From: a virus
Virus record (IMG/VR): IMGVR_UViG_3300034069_000021
Coordinates: 1-64,000 of that record
Direction: 5' to 3' (one strand)
DNA: 64,000 nucleotides
Shown: positions 46,123-54,113 of the stretch, piece after piece
How the letters are laid out: every line of letters starts with the position of its first letter
Numbering within the stretch: position 1 is the first letter of the stretch
The notes under the pieces: model-generated
Database searches by the model: none
What the model saw: the letters and a program-made list of their open reading frames with translations, nothing else
What the model was told of the DNA's origin: nothing
Program-made: the position numbers and the translations under genes

Positions 46123-47879
46123 GCCGAGCGACCGATCTTCCGCGTCATCCACGCGGGCGGGGCCTGGTTCTTCCGCGCCTTGGCCGGGCTGGCGATGGTC
46201 ATCTTCGACCCGGCCATCTCCATGATCTTGTCGTAGACGATCACGCCCGCCGCTACCCGGTCGGGCTGGTGCTGACCGGCCTGCCAGTCGGCGGCTTGCT
46301 CCTCGAATACTCGCAGGGCGAACTCCACCGTCCGGCACTGCTTCGTCTCAAACGCCTGGCTGAGCGCGCCCGACCGGGCCACCGCATCGGCCTTGCTCGG
46401 GCCACGCCACGGCACGATCTGGAACGGCGGCAGGTCGGGGATGGCGCGCTGCTCCACGGGCGTCAGCTGCTCGCCGCGCTTGAGTTTGGCCACCGCCTCC
46501 TCATGGAAGGCCCGGTACGCCTTGCGGACCACCTGGAGGTACGTCTTGGCCGAGGTGTAGCCCTCCACCGCGATCACCCGCGCGCCGATCTCCAGGGCCA
46601 GCGTGACGGCCACGGTGGACCACTGGTCCGAGGTGTACTGACCCGAGCGGTCGTGCGTCAGCGCCGCTCGCCCGTCCTGCATCAGCATCCCGCCGATGAT
46701 CCCGGCCTCGTCGCCCTCGCCCGAGTCGGCGGGGTCGACGCCGACCACCGAGGCCACCGGCCAGAGCGGCACACCCTCCAGCCGTGGCTCGAACCAGGCG
46801 CGCTGGAAGATGCCGCCCGCCGGGTTACGCGGGGAGCCCTGGTACAGCGCGTACCAGGTACGTTCGCCGACCTGCTTGCGCGTCATGGCGAAGTTCCGCT
46901 TCGCCTCGGGGGTGTCTCGGGCGCTGATCATGGGCGTGCCCGGCTCGCGCCCGAGCGCGTCGTCAATACCCTCCTCCGCGATGGCGGGGATGTTGATGTG
47001 CCGCCAGGTGCGTTCCTCCTGGTCCAGCAGCCGCTCGCCCTCGATGATCTTCCCGGCCAGATCCTCGGGGTGCCACCGGGTCTGGATCAGGATCACCGAC
47101 GCCGACGGGCTCAGGCGGGTCAGGGCCACGTTGGAGAACCAGTCATCGACCTGGACGCGGTGCGCCGCCGAGTCGGCCTCCATCATGTTCTTGAACGGGT
47201 CGTCAATGATCATCAGGTCAGCCTGGAAGCCGGTAATGGCCGAGCCGATGCCCGCCGCCACCACGCCGCCCGCGCCGCCGTCGATGGACCAGTTGCTGAC
47301 CTTGTTCGCGCCCTGGGCCAGGGACAGTCCGAGCTTGTCCTTCACGGGCAGGCCGGTCAGCGAGTCGACCACGCCCGCGCCGTGAGTGCCGATGATCCGG
47401 CGCATTTCGCGGGAGTGCTTCTCGGCCAGGGCGGCGGCATAGGTCGCCAGGATGATCGGGCGCGGGCGCAGCTGGAGCGCGCGGATCGGGGTCCACACCG
47501 CCGCCGTCGTGCTCTTGCCCTCCTGGGGCGGCATGGTGATCAGGACGTTCAGCTTCTTGGGTGAGCGCAGCACGCGCTCGATGGCCCAGCTGCACAGCTC
47601 GATGGCCGGGGTGATCACGAACCGGGGGTCGCACGCCTTGGCGATCTCGGCGGGGTGCCGGTACTTGGTCTTGACCTCGGCGCGGACCTCGGCGGCGCGC
47701 AGCCGCGCCAGCATGGCCATCCGCTGGGCGTCAGGCCAGTCCTTCGTCTCCTCGTAGATGTCCGAGGCCCGAGCCGAGTCGAACGCGCCGCTCGCGTCCC
47801 AGACGTCGGGCTCAGGCGTCGGCTCGGGGATCTCGACGCGGTGGTTCGGATCCTGGAAATACTCGGGCTGGTCAGCCAT
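46119..47879 (-). CDS. terL: Terminase large subunit
   Basis: 586 aa. ATPase motifs MPPQEGKST and LMIIDDP; C-terminal nuclease half. Confidence 0.9.
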   Translation of the reverse strand: MADQPEYFQDPNHRVEIPEPTPEPDVWDASGAFDSARASDIYEETKDWPDAQRMAMLARLRAAEVRAEVKTKYRHPAEIAKACDPRFVITPAIELCSWAIERVLRSPKKLNVLITMPPQEGKSTTAAVWTPIRALQLRPRPIILATYAAALAEKHSREMRRIIGTHGAGVVDSLTGLPVKDKLGLSLAQGANKVSNWSIDGGAGGVVAAGIGSAITGFQADLMIIDDPFKNMMEADSAAHRVQVDDWFSNVALTRLSPSASVILIQTRWHPEDLAGKIIEGERLLDQEERTWRHINIPAIAEEGIDDALGREPGTPMISARDTPEAKRNFAMTRKQVGERTWYALYQGSPRNPAGGIFQRAWFEPRLEGVPLWPVASVVGVDPADSGEGDEAGIIGGMLMQDGRAALTHDRSGQYTSDQWSTVAVTLALEIGARVIAVEGYTSAKTYLQVVRKAYRAFHEEAVAKLKRGEQLTPVEQRAIPDLPPFQIVPWRGPSKADAVARSGALSQAFETKQCRTVEFALRVFEEQAADWQAGQHQPDRVAAGVIVYDKIMEMAGSKMTIASPAKARKNQAPPAWMTRKIGRSA

Positions 47880-47888
47880 CCGGCCAGG

Positions 47889-48464
47889 CTACAGCCGCAG
47901 CTCGGGGACGCCGGTCTTGAGCACCGACAAGATCGGATCAGGGTGACCGCGCACCACGGACACCGCCTTGCCCTGGTAGGCCGGGCCGGTCAGCGTGTCG
48001 GCCAGGTTGCGGCTGGCGCTCAGTCGGCCCTTCACCCAGCTCGGGTTCTGCGTCTTGCCGATGGCCTTGGATCGGACCTTGCGCCAGTCCTCGGCGTCGT
48101 TGTGGTCGAGCAGGACCAGCGTCACCTCGTAGCCGCCCTCCAGCGCGGCGTCGATGAACCGGCGGTTGGCCAGGCGGGCACCCTCGGCCAGCAGCAGCGG
48201 GTACGGCTGGGAGCGGACCCAGGGCGCGGCCTTGTCGATGATGCTGGAGGGGAGCGCGTCGGTGCCCGAGAACAGCTCACGGCGCACGCCCAGCTCAGCG
48301 CCGACTACCTCGCCGGTCACGCGCTCGGTGAGCACGTCGTGCGCCACGGGGTACGCATCGTTCGGCGCGATCTTGTGACGGTCGAACGCCGCCGTCAGCT
48401 TGGACATGAGGGTGCTCTTGCCCGAACCGGGCTGGCCAACGAGGTAGATCAGGCGAGCGGTCAT
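47889..48464 (-). CDS. P-loop NTPase or kinase-like protein
   Basis: Walker A LVGQPGSGKST. Walker B-like TLVLLDHND. Confidence 0.7.
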   Translation of the reverse strand: MTARLIYLVGQPGSGKSTLMSKLTAAFDRHKIAPNDAYPVAHDVLTERVTGEVVGAELGVRRELFSGTDALPSSIIDKAAPWVRSQPYPLLLAEGARLANRRFIDAALEGGYEVTLVLLDHNDAEDWRKVRSKAIGKTQNPSWVKGRLSASRNLADTLTGPAYQGKAVSVVRGHPDPILSVLKTGVPELRL

Positions 48465-48470
48465 GGCCTG

Positions 48471-48491
48471 ATCATACCCGACTGACTCGGG
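48471..48491 (-). promoter_or_regulatory. Operator plus -10 for a leaderless P-loop gene
   Basis: Minus strand reads CCCGAGTCAGTCGGG (48491-48477), TATGAT (48476-48471), then CAGGCC and the ATG at 48464. Confidence 0.55.
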
Positions 48492-48499
48492 TGACTCGG

Positions 48500-49456
48500 T
48501 TACTGCCGGGGCGTAGAGCTGTTCCAGGGCCGGTCACCCTCGCCCGTGTTGCGCCAGCCGCTCATCGCCTGGCGGTTGACGCCGCGCCCCTTGGAGCCGG
48601 GGATCTCGGTGTCGCCGTTGGCAAGGCGCTTGGCCATCTCCGTCTCGCGCTCGGTGCGCCGCTGGCGTCCGTACGCGGCCTCCTCGGCGGCGGTGCGGCA
48701 GTTCTTCATCCCGCGCAGGGCGTAGTAGACCGCGCTGATCCGGTAGCCCTGCTTGGCCTTCACCCGAGTGATCGGCGTGACGCCGTGGACCAGGCGGTAG
48801 CCCTCGAAGTACGTCACCGTGGAGTCCGAGCAGGGCAGCGTCACGCCGTACTCGGGGATGTGCAGGTGCCCGCCTCGGGTGCCGCGTCGGACCACCGGCA
48901 TGGCCGACCACACCGGGAAGTTGAACCCGTCGCGGTGGTAGGGGAGCTGGGCGGTGTCGTTGACGACGCCGGACGTCCACAGCTTGGCCTCACCGAGCCG
49001 CCAGTCCGGCAGCACGTTGGCGTTAGCTAACTCCCGCTGACCGCGTTCTACCAGCTCGGGGTCGATGGCGCCGAGCCCGTCGGCAAACTGCTCGACGTAG
49101 CTCTCCAGCACGCGCTCGATCTCGGGCTGGTCACGCCCGAGCGTGCTGATCGTGCAGGCCTCCCGCCAGATCACCGGGCGGCGCGGGGCATAGCCGAACG
49201 TCCGTGACCGGCTCCGGTAGTTGTTGGCCCGCTGGACGGCGGCGCTGGTGTCGATCTGGAGCACGGCCCGGCGCAGCGGACCAGCGTCGGCCAGAGGCAG
49301 GTACCCGAGCACGGGCGCGCCGGTCTCGGCGTCGTGGATGACGGTGCCCGGCTTGATGTCCGACGGGGCGCGGTCGGGCACCGTGTCCCCGACCATGGTC
49401 GACGCCTCCTCAGGCGTGGCCAGGCGGGGCAACTCGATGCGCGTCAGCGTGGTCAC
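48500..49456 (-). CDS. 2OG-Fe(II) dioxygenase superfamily protein
   Basis: HxD (YHRDG), a distal His (LVHGVTP) and an RxS motif (YRISAVYY), with the spacing expected for a double-stranded beta-helix. Confidence 0.6.
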   Translation of the reverse strand: MTTLTRIELPRLATPEEASTMVGDTVPDRAPSDIKPGTVIHDAETGAPVLGYLPLADAGPLRRAVLQIDTSAAVQRANNYRSRSRTFGYAPRRPVIWREACTISTLGRDQPEIERVLESYVEQFADGLGAIDPELVERGQRELANANVLPDWRLGEAKLWTSGVVNDTAQLPYHRDGFNFPVWSAMPVVRRGTRGGHLHIPEYGVTLPCSDSTVTYFEGYRLVHGVTPITRVKAKQGYRISAVYYALRGMKNCRTAAEEAAYGRQRRTERETEMAKRLANGDTEIPGSKGRGVNRQAMSGWRNTGEGDRPWNSSTPRQ

Positions 49457-50262
49457 TCGGTGAATCCCTCGGGGTCGGCGGCGTCCAGGAACTCGTCGGC
49501 CTGGGCGCTCAGCTCAGCCGGGGTCGGCTCGATGCCCGGCGCGGTCTCGCCGCTCCACTCAGCCAGCAGTTCCAGCAGCGCCTCGCTGTTGGTCTTGAGA
49601 CCGCGCTCCGTGCGAAAGGCCTCCAGCTTCTCCTGAGACCAGACGAACGCCGGGATCGGCATGGTCAGCACGATCATCCGGTTGTTCGCGTTCTCCGCGT
49701 ACTCGTCGCGCCGCTGAGTCATGTCCTTGGCGTCGATCAGACCGTCCTCGCGCTTGCCCTTGGTGGGCTCGGTCTCGGGCTCAGGGTTGACCGGCGGCAG
49801 GTCGTCCTGTTCCTCCAGCAGCGCGGTCAGGTCTTCCACGTCGGCCTCGGTGAAGCCCAGGCCCTCGATGTCCGCGCCGAACCCGGTGACCAGCTCGGCC
49901 AGCTCGATCTCATCGAACCCGCCCAGCTGGCCGGTCTGGTTGTCCGCGACCACGATGCGCTCGGCCATGTCGTCATCGACGTCCACCCAGTGGACCAGGA
50001 TCTTCTGCCAGGCGGGGTCGTCGGGCTCGGCCTCGGCCAGCTCGCGGAACGCCATCAGGGTGTGGTTGCCCGCCAGGATCTCCAGCGGTCGGCCCGTGTG
50101 CGTACCGATGTTGCCGGTGATCGGCTTGAACTGGGTGTGGCGTCGGAGGCTGGCCATGATGGCCCCGACGTCGCCGCGCCTCGGGTTCCGGTGGAAGGTG
50201 TGGAGCTGAGCAGGGGCGATGGCCGTGGTCTTGCCGACGGCGGGAGCGGATGTCGAAGCCAT
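49453..50262 (-). CDS. ParB-like nuclease domain protein
   Basis: ATG 50262 chosen because the ORF-track N-terminus translates the palindrome. Motifs HRNPRRGD and ILAGNHTLMAFRE. Confidence 0.7.
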   Translation of the reverse strand: MASTSAPAVGKTTAIAPAQLHTFHRNPRRGDVGAIMASLRRHTQFKPITGNIGTHTGRPLEILAGNHTLMAFRELAEAEPDDPAWQKILVHWVDVDDDMAERIVVADNQTGQLGGFDEIELAELVTGFGADIEGLGFTEADVEDLTALLEEQDDLPPVNPEPETEPTKGKREDGLIDAKDMTQRRDEYAENANNRMIVLTMPIPAFVWSQEKLEAFRTERGLKTNSEALLELLAEWSGETAPGIEPTPAELSAQADEFLDAADPEGFTE

Positions 50263-50283
50263 GGGCGCAGGATACCAGGAGGG

Positions 50284-50312
50284 TTGACTTACCCGACTCA
50301 CTCGGGTAACTT
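50284..50312 (+). promoter_or_regulatory. Promoter-operator cassette at the major divergent junction
   Basis: TTGACT (50284-50289), TA, CCCGACTCACTCGGG (50292-50306), TAACTT (50307-50312). No leader hairpin. Confidence 0.65.
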
Positions 50313-50408
50313 GGTGCTCGGAGCCGGTGACGGGGGCGGTACCAGGGGTGGACGTTTATTCGCGGGTCTACCTGCAAAAACTAGTCAAAATTCGTCCTTG
50401 TGGTTCGC

Positions 50409-50437
50409 TTGACATACCCGACTGACTCGGGTAACTT
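50409..50437 (+). promoter_or_regulatory. Promoter-operator cassette
   Basis: TTGACA (50409-50414), palindrome at 50417-50431, TAACTT (50432-50437). Leader hairpin 50449-50465. SD AAGGAGAG. Confidence 0.75.
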
Positions 50438-50489
50438 AGTTGATGTGAGGCGGGGCCGACCCGCCGACAACAACCCAAGGAGAGACACC

Positions 50490-51098
50490 ATGGCCACCAT
50501 CACCTTCACCGCCCAGATCCCCGGCACCGAGAACAGCCCGGTCACCCGCACCTCAGGAACCATGCCCTACGTGGCCACGGTCGAGGGCGTCACCTGGCAC
50601 AAGACGTTCGCCGCCGCCTACGCCGCCGCCAAGGGACGCCAGCACGCCCCCGGTGCCAAGGTCTACCCGGTGGTCCCGACCGCCATCAACGGCAAGATCG
50701 ACGGCACCGAGTTCACGGAAGGCTGGGGTGACATCCCCGCCGAGGCGTTCACCGAGCTGGTCGCGGCCAAGCTGGCCCCGAAGGCCAAGAAGGCCAAGGC
50801 CACCGCCCAGATCGAACTGCCGACCGAGGTGGAGCCCGCCGCCGAGCCCGAGGCCGAGATCGTCACCGAGACCGAAGCCCCCGAGGCTGACGTCCAGGCC
50901 GAGGCTGAGACCGAGGGCGCGGTGCCCGAGCCCGCCCCGGTGGCCGACGACGCCGACGCCAAGAAGGCCGCTCGCCGCGCCCGCCGGGCCGAGCGTCGGC
51001 TGGCCAAGCGCGCCACCGAGTCCCCCGAGGACAAGGCCGCGCGTCTCCAGGCCCGCCGTGAGCGCCGCGCCGCCCGCAAGGCCGCTGCGGCTGAGTGA
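50490..51098 (+). CDS. Hypothetical protein with highly basic Lys/Arg/Ala-rich C-terminus
   Basis: Internal ATG 50490 downstream of the cassette and SD. Tail motif KAKKAKAT..KKAARRARRAERRLAKR. Confidence 0.7.
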   Translation: MATITFTAQIPGTENSPVTRTSGTMPYVATVEGVTWHKTFAAAYAAAKGRQHAPGAKVYPVVPTAINGKIDGTEFTEGWGDIPAEAFTELVAAKLAPKAKKAKATAQIELPTEVEPAAEPEAEIVTETEAPEADVQAEAETEGAVPEPAPVADDADAKKAARRARRAERRLAKRATESPEDKAARLQARRERRAARKAAAAE

Positions 51099-51103
51099 GC
51101 CCG

Positions 51104-51140
51104 AGCGCCCCGGCCAGGTGAATAGCCTGGTCGGGGCGCT
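51104..51140 (+). terminator. Terminator hairpin abutting the next promoter
   Basis: 15-bp arms AGCGCCCCGGCCAGG / CCTGGTCGGGGCGCT (one G-T pair). The 3' end touches the TTGACA at 51140. Confidence 0.6.
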
Positions 51141-51168
51141 TGACATACCCGAGTCAGTCGGGTAACTT
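51140..51168 (+). promoter_or_regulatory. Promoter-operator cassette
   Basis: TTGACA, TA, CCCGAGTCAGTCGGG (51148-51162), TAACTT (51163-51168). Leader hairpin 51180-51196. Confidence 0.75.
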
Positions 51169-51217
51169 GGTTCTTGTGAGGCGGGGCCGACCCGCCGATA
51201 CCGACAGGAGAGACACC

Positions 51218-51538
51218 ATGACCGTGACCAACGGCCTCCCCACCGCCTCGGCGGTCAGCCGCGCCATCCGCCGCGACTTCCAGATCATCAGCCAGCCGAT
51301 CCACAAAGGCGGGTACGTGGTCCGGCGCGGGAACGGGCGTCAGATCGCCGCCAACATCTGGGTCGCGGTCAGCGACCTCGACTCGGCCAACGTCCGCAAG
51401 GCAGGCCAGCTGGCCGAGATCATGCGCGCCGCTGGCTACGACATCCACCACGTCGATGGGTCGACCATCATCTACGTCCACTCGATCCCGAGCGCCGCCG
51501 ACGCCGCGCCCAAGATCGCCGCCTACCTGGAGAGCTGA
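51218..51538 (+). CDS. Hypothetical protein
   Basis: 106 aa. ATG preceded by GGAGAGA. Confidence 0.7.
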   Translation: MTVTNGLPTASAVSRAIRRDFQIISQPIHKGGYVVRRGNGRQIAANIWVAVSDLDSANVRKAGQLAEIMRAAGYDIHHVDGSTIIYVHSIPSAADAAPKIAAYLES

Positions 51539-51540
51539 CC

Positions 51541-51723
51541 ATGGACACCGAGACCGACCTGACGTTCGATGACTGCCTGACCTGGGCCGAGTGGTGGGAC
51601 GAGTTCCACGCGAACGCCTGCTGCCCGAACAGCTCGGTCGCCGCTGCCCGCCTGTGCGGGTGCGGCGGCTCGGGTGAGCTGCCCAGCGGCGTCAGCCGCC
51701 TCCTGATCGGAGACCCCGAGTGA
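51541..51723 (+). CDS. Small Cys-rich hypothetical protein
   Basis: 60-aa ORF, tightly packed against its neighbours. Confidence 0.6.
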   Translation: MDTETDLTFDDCLTWAEWWDEFHANACCPNSSVAAARLCGCGGSGELPSGVSRLLIGDPE

Positions 51724-51869
51724 AGGGCATCCCCGCCGACCCGGCCCAGGCCGAGGCCCGGCGGGAGCGCGCCCGCGCCGAGCTGGCCCGCTGGAAGCGC
51801 CCAATCGACAGCCTGGAGGCGTGGGACGCCTTCGAGCGCCTGACAGGAATTGCGGAGGGAACAGAGTGA
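51720..51869 (+). CDS. Small hypothetical protein (49 aa, below ORF-track cutoff)
   Basis: GTGA overlaps at both ends link the neighbouring genes. High GC3. Confidence 0.5.
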   Translation: MKGIPADPAQAEARRERARAELARWKRPIDSLEAWDAFERLTGIAEGTE

Positions 51870-52228
51870 AGTGGACCAGGCCCGAGCCGGGCGAGTACAC
51901 CGCCGGGCCGTACAAGATCACCAGGTGGATGAGCGCCAAGGGCTCGGGAACCCCGTGGTTCGTGGACGGGCCGGGCGTGCAGATCGGCTGGCACGCCACC
52001 AAGGACGACGCCCAGGCTGAGGCCGAGGACGCCGCCCTGATGCGGATTACCGAGGAGACCAAGTACAGCGTCGAGCCGGTGGTGGGCGATTGGGCTTACC
52101 TGGGCGAATACCTCCAGGTCACCGCCGTGTTCAACGCGGGGACCGGGCCGTCGACCTACTCGCTTCGCACGGCGCGCGGCAAGCGGAAGTGCCTGCGGCG
52201 CTACGAGTTCCCGCTGGTGATCCGGTGA
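51866..52228 (+). CDS. Hypothetical protein
   Basis: GTG 51866 (internal to ORF 51821-52228). Confidence 0.6.
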   Translation: MKWTRPEPGEYTAGPYKITRWMSAKGSGTPWFVDGPGVQIGWHATKDDAQAEAEDAALMRITEETKYSVEPVVGDWAYLGEYLQVTAVFNAGTGPSTYSLRTARGKRKCLRRYEFPLVIR

Positions 52229-52377
52229 TCGCCCTGGTGGTGCTGGCCCTGGTCGGATGCCTCCTGGTGGCCAGCGCGCCCGACCGCTCCGCGTGGAGCT
52301 ACATCGGGGCCAGCCTGGCCCTGGGCGGGTTCCTGGCCATCCCCGTGTTCATCGGGCTCGGCATCATTTCCGTCTAA
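52225..52377 (+). CDS. Small two-helix membrane protein (50 aa)
   Basis: GTGA overlap start. Sequence VIALVVLALVGCLLVA..ASLALGGFLAIPVFIGLGII. Confidence 0.55.
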   Translation: MIALVVLALVGCLLVASAPDRSAWSYIGASLALGGFLAIPVFIGLGIISV

Positions 52378-52395
52378 ATTCCCTGCTAGCAGCGC

Positions 52396-52424
52396 TTGAC
52401 ATACCCGACTGACTCGGGTAACTT
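52396..52424 (+). promoter_or_regulatory. Promoter-operator cassette
   Basis: TTGACA (52396-52401), palindrome 52404-52418, TAACTT (52419-52424). Leader hairpin 52436-52452. Confidence 0.75.
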
Positions 52425-52476
52425 AGTTCTTGTCAGGCGGGGCCGTCCCGCCGATACCGACCCAGAGGAGACCACC

Positions 52477-53514
52477 ATGGCCCACGAACTCGACACCACA
52501 AACGGCGTGACCAGCTTCGCCGACTCCGAGGCCCGCGCCGACGGAACCGTGAGCGCCTGGCACCGGCTCGGCCAGGCCGTCGGTCACACCATGACCGCCG
52601 ACGAGGCCCTGGACGCCGCCCACATGCGCGGCTGGGACGTCCGCAAGGAGGCCCTGGTGGCCCAGGTCGGTGACCTGATGCTCCCGGTGCCCGACCGGTT
52701 CGCGGTCGTCCGCACGAACCCCGTCACCGCCGCCCCTGAGGCGCTGGGCGTGGTCGGTGACCGGTGGACCCCGTTCCAGAACGAGGAGACCACCGAGCTG
52801 CTGAGCGAGATCACCGACGAGGGCGGCGCGCACATCGAGACCATCGGCGCGCTGCGCGGTGGCCGGGACACGTTCGTCACGATGAAGATGCCCGCCCACA
52901 TGGAGTTCCGTTCGCCGGTCACGGGTGAGCTGGACACCACGGATCTCTACATCTCGATCCTGAACAACCACTCGGGCGAGGCCAGCCTGCGGGCGCTGAT
53001 CAGCCCGGTGCGGATCGTGTGCGCGAACACCCAGCGCATGGCCGAGGGCTCGGCGCGGTCCATGGTGGCGCTGCGCCACACGGGCAGCCCGAAGGCCCGG
53101 CTGGCCGAGGTGCGCCAGCTGCTGGGCCTGACGTTCGCCTACCGGGACACGTTCGTTGAGCAGTGCGAGCGGCTGATCGCGCGGGAGATGTCCGACGCCG
53201 AGGTTCTGGAGAGCCTGGAGGGCGTCTGGGGCGTCGGCGGGGCCACCACCGAGAAGCAGGCCGAGGCCCGCAAGGCCAAGGCCCTGGAGGTCTTCGAGGT
53301 CTACGCCAGCGACGTCACCGTGGCGGCGTTCAAGGGCACCGCGTTCGGGGCCTACAACGCCGGGACGCGCTACCTGGACCACGTGGCCCCGGTCAACCTG
53401 AGCGCCGACGCCACCGACGAGGAGCGGGCCATCCGCCGCGCTCAGCGGACGCTGATGTCCGATAGCCTCGGTCAGCTCAAGGGCCAGCTGTTCTCGGCCC
53501 TGCTGCCCGCCTAG
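52477..53514 (+). CDS. DUF932-family protein
   Basis: 345 aa. Motif ALISPVRIVCANTQ is typical of DUF932 (phage/plasmid-like) proteins. Confidence 0.7.
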   Translation: MAHELDTTNGVTSFADSEARADGTVSAWHRLGQAVGHTMTADEALDAAHMRGWDVRKEALVAQVGDLMLPVPDRFAVVRTNPVTAAPEALGVVGDRWTPFQNEETTELLSEITDEGGAHIETIGALRGGRDTFVTMKMPAHMEFRSPVTGELDTTDLYISILNNHSGEASLRALISPVRIVCANTQRMAEGSARSMVALRHTGSPKARLAEVRQLLGLTFAYRDTFVEQCERLIAREMSDAEVLESLEGVWGVGGATTEKQAEARKAKALEVFEVYASDVTVAAFKGTAFGAYNAGTRYLDHVAPVNLSADATDEERAIRRAQRTLMSDSLGQLKGQLFSALLPA

Positions 53515-53525
53515 CGGGTAGACCG

Positions 53526-53553
53526 GCCCGCCTGGTGGGGATGCCAGGCGGGC
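53526..53553 (+). terminator. Terminator hairpin
   Basis: 10-bp stem GCCCGCCTGG / CCAGGCGGGC. Confidence 0.55.
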
Positions 53554-53657
53554 TCGGTGAGCGCCGGGAGGTAAAGGCCGATCTGGGCTCTGCGCGCAAC
53601 CTGGGTCGAGAAGCTGCCGCCCGGCGCTCTCCAAGCCAAAATTGCCGGTCATCCATG

Positions 53658-53686
53658 TTGACATACCCGACTAACTCGGGTAACTT
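53658..53686 (+). promoter_or_regulatory. Promoter-operator cassette (one central mismatch)
   Basis: TTGACA (53658-53663), CCCGACTAACTCGGG (53666-53680), TAACTT. Leader hairpin 53698-53714. Confidence 0.7.
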
Positions 53687-53729
53687 AGTTCTTGTGAGGC
53701 GGGGCCGTCCCGCCGACAGAGAGGCCAAA

Positions 53730-54023
53730 ATGACCACCACCATCGGACACATGACCAAGGGCGTCGAGCTTGACCTGTTCGCGGCCACCGACGCCAACGT
53801 GCTCGACGGCATGATCCGCGCTCAGGGCGCGCTCGGCCAGATCACCTGGACCAAGATCAGCGAGACCGTGGCCTTCGGTCAGTTCACCGAGATCGTGACC
53901 GATCACGACGACGCCACCGAGCGCCCCGTGACCCGCGAGGAGACCCGCCGGGTGGTCGTGCTCGACGTCGACAACGCTGACGTGAAGACCGCCGTGGAGG
54001 CGGCGTTCTGGGTCAACGTCTAA
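53730..54023 (+). CDS. Hypothetical protein
   Basis: 97 aa from the internal ATG downstream of the cassette. Confidence 0.7.
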   Translation: MTTTIGHMTKGVELDLFAATDANVLDGMIRAQGALGQITWTKISETVAFGQFTEIVTDHDDATERPVTREETRRVVVLDVDNADVKTAVEAAFWVNV

Positions 54024-54030
54024 CCAGACC

Positions 54031-54063
54031 GGCCCGCCGGGTTCAGCCCGAGCCCGGCGGGCC
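54031..54063 (+). terminator. Terminator or attenuator hairpin
   Basis: 11-bp stem GGCCCGCCGGG / CCCGGCGGGCC. Confidence 0.55.
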
Positions 54064-54113
54064 ACCTACCGCCACCAGATACCCCGCCAGCACCTACCCA
54101 GAGAGACCAGACC

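Noticed and set aside
50400-50489. ORF-track N-terminal extensions such as MVRLTYPTDSGNLVDVRRGRPAD, MTYPTDSGNLVLVRRGRPAD and MSRVSQ, repeated in several ORFs (50400, 51140, 52396, 53535, 56236, 33301-34107, 49453-50301).
   Set aside because: These peptides are simply translations of the promoter-operator-leader cassette on either strand. The real starts are the SD-preceded ATGs downstream.
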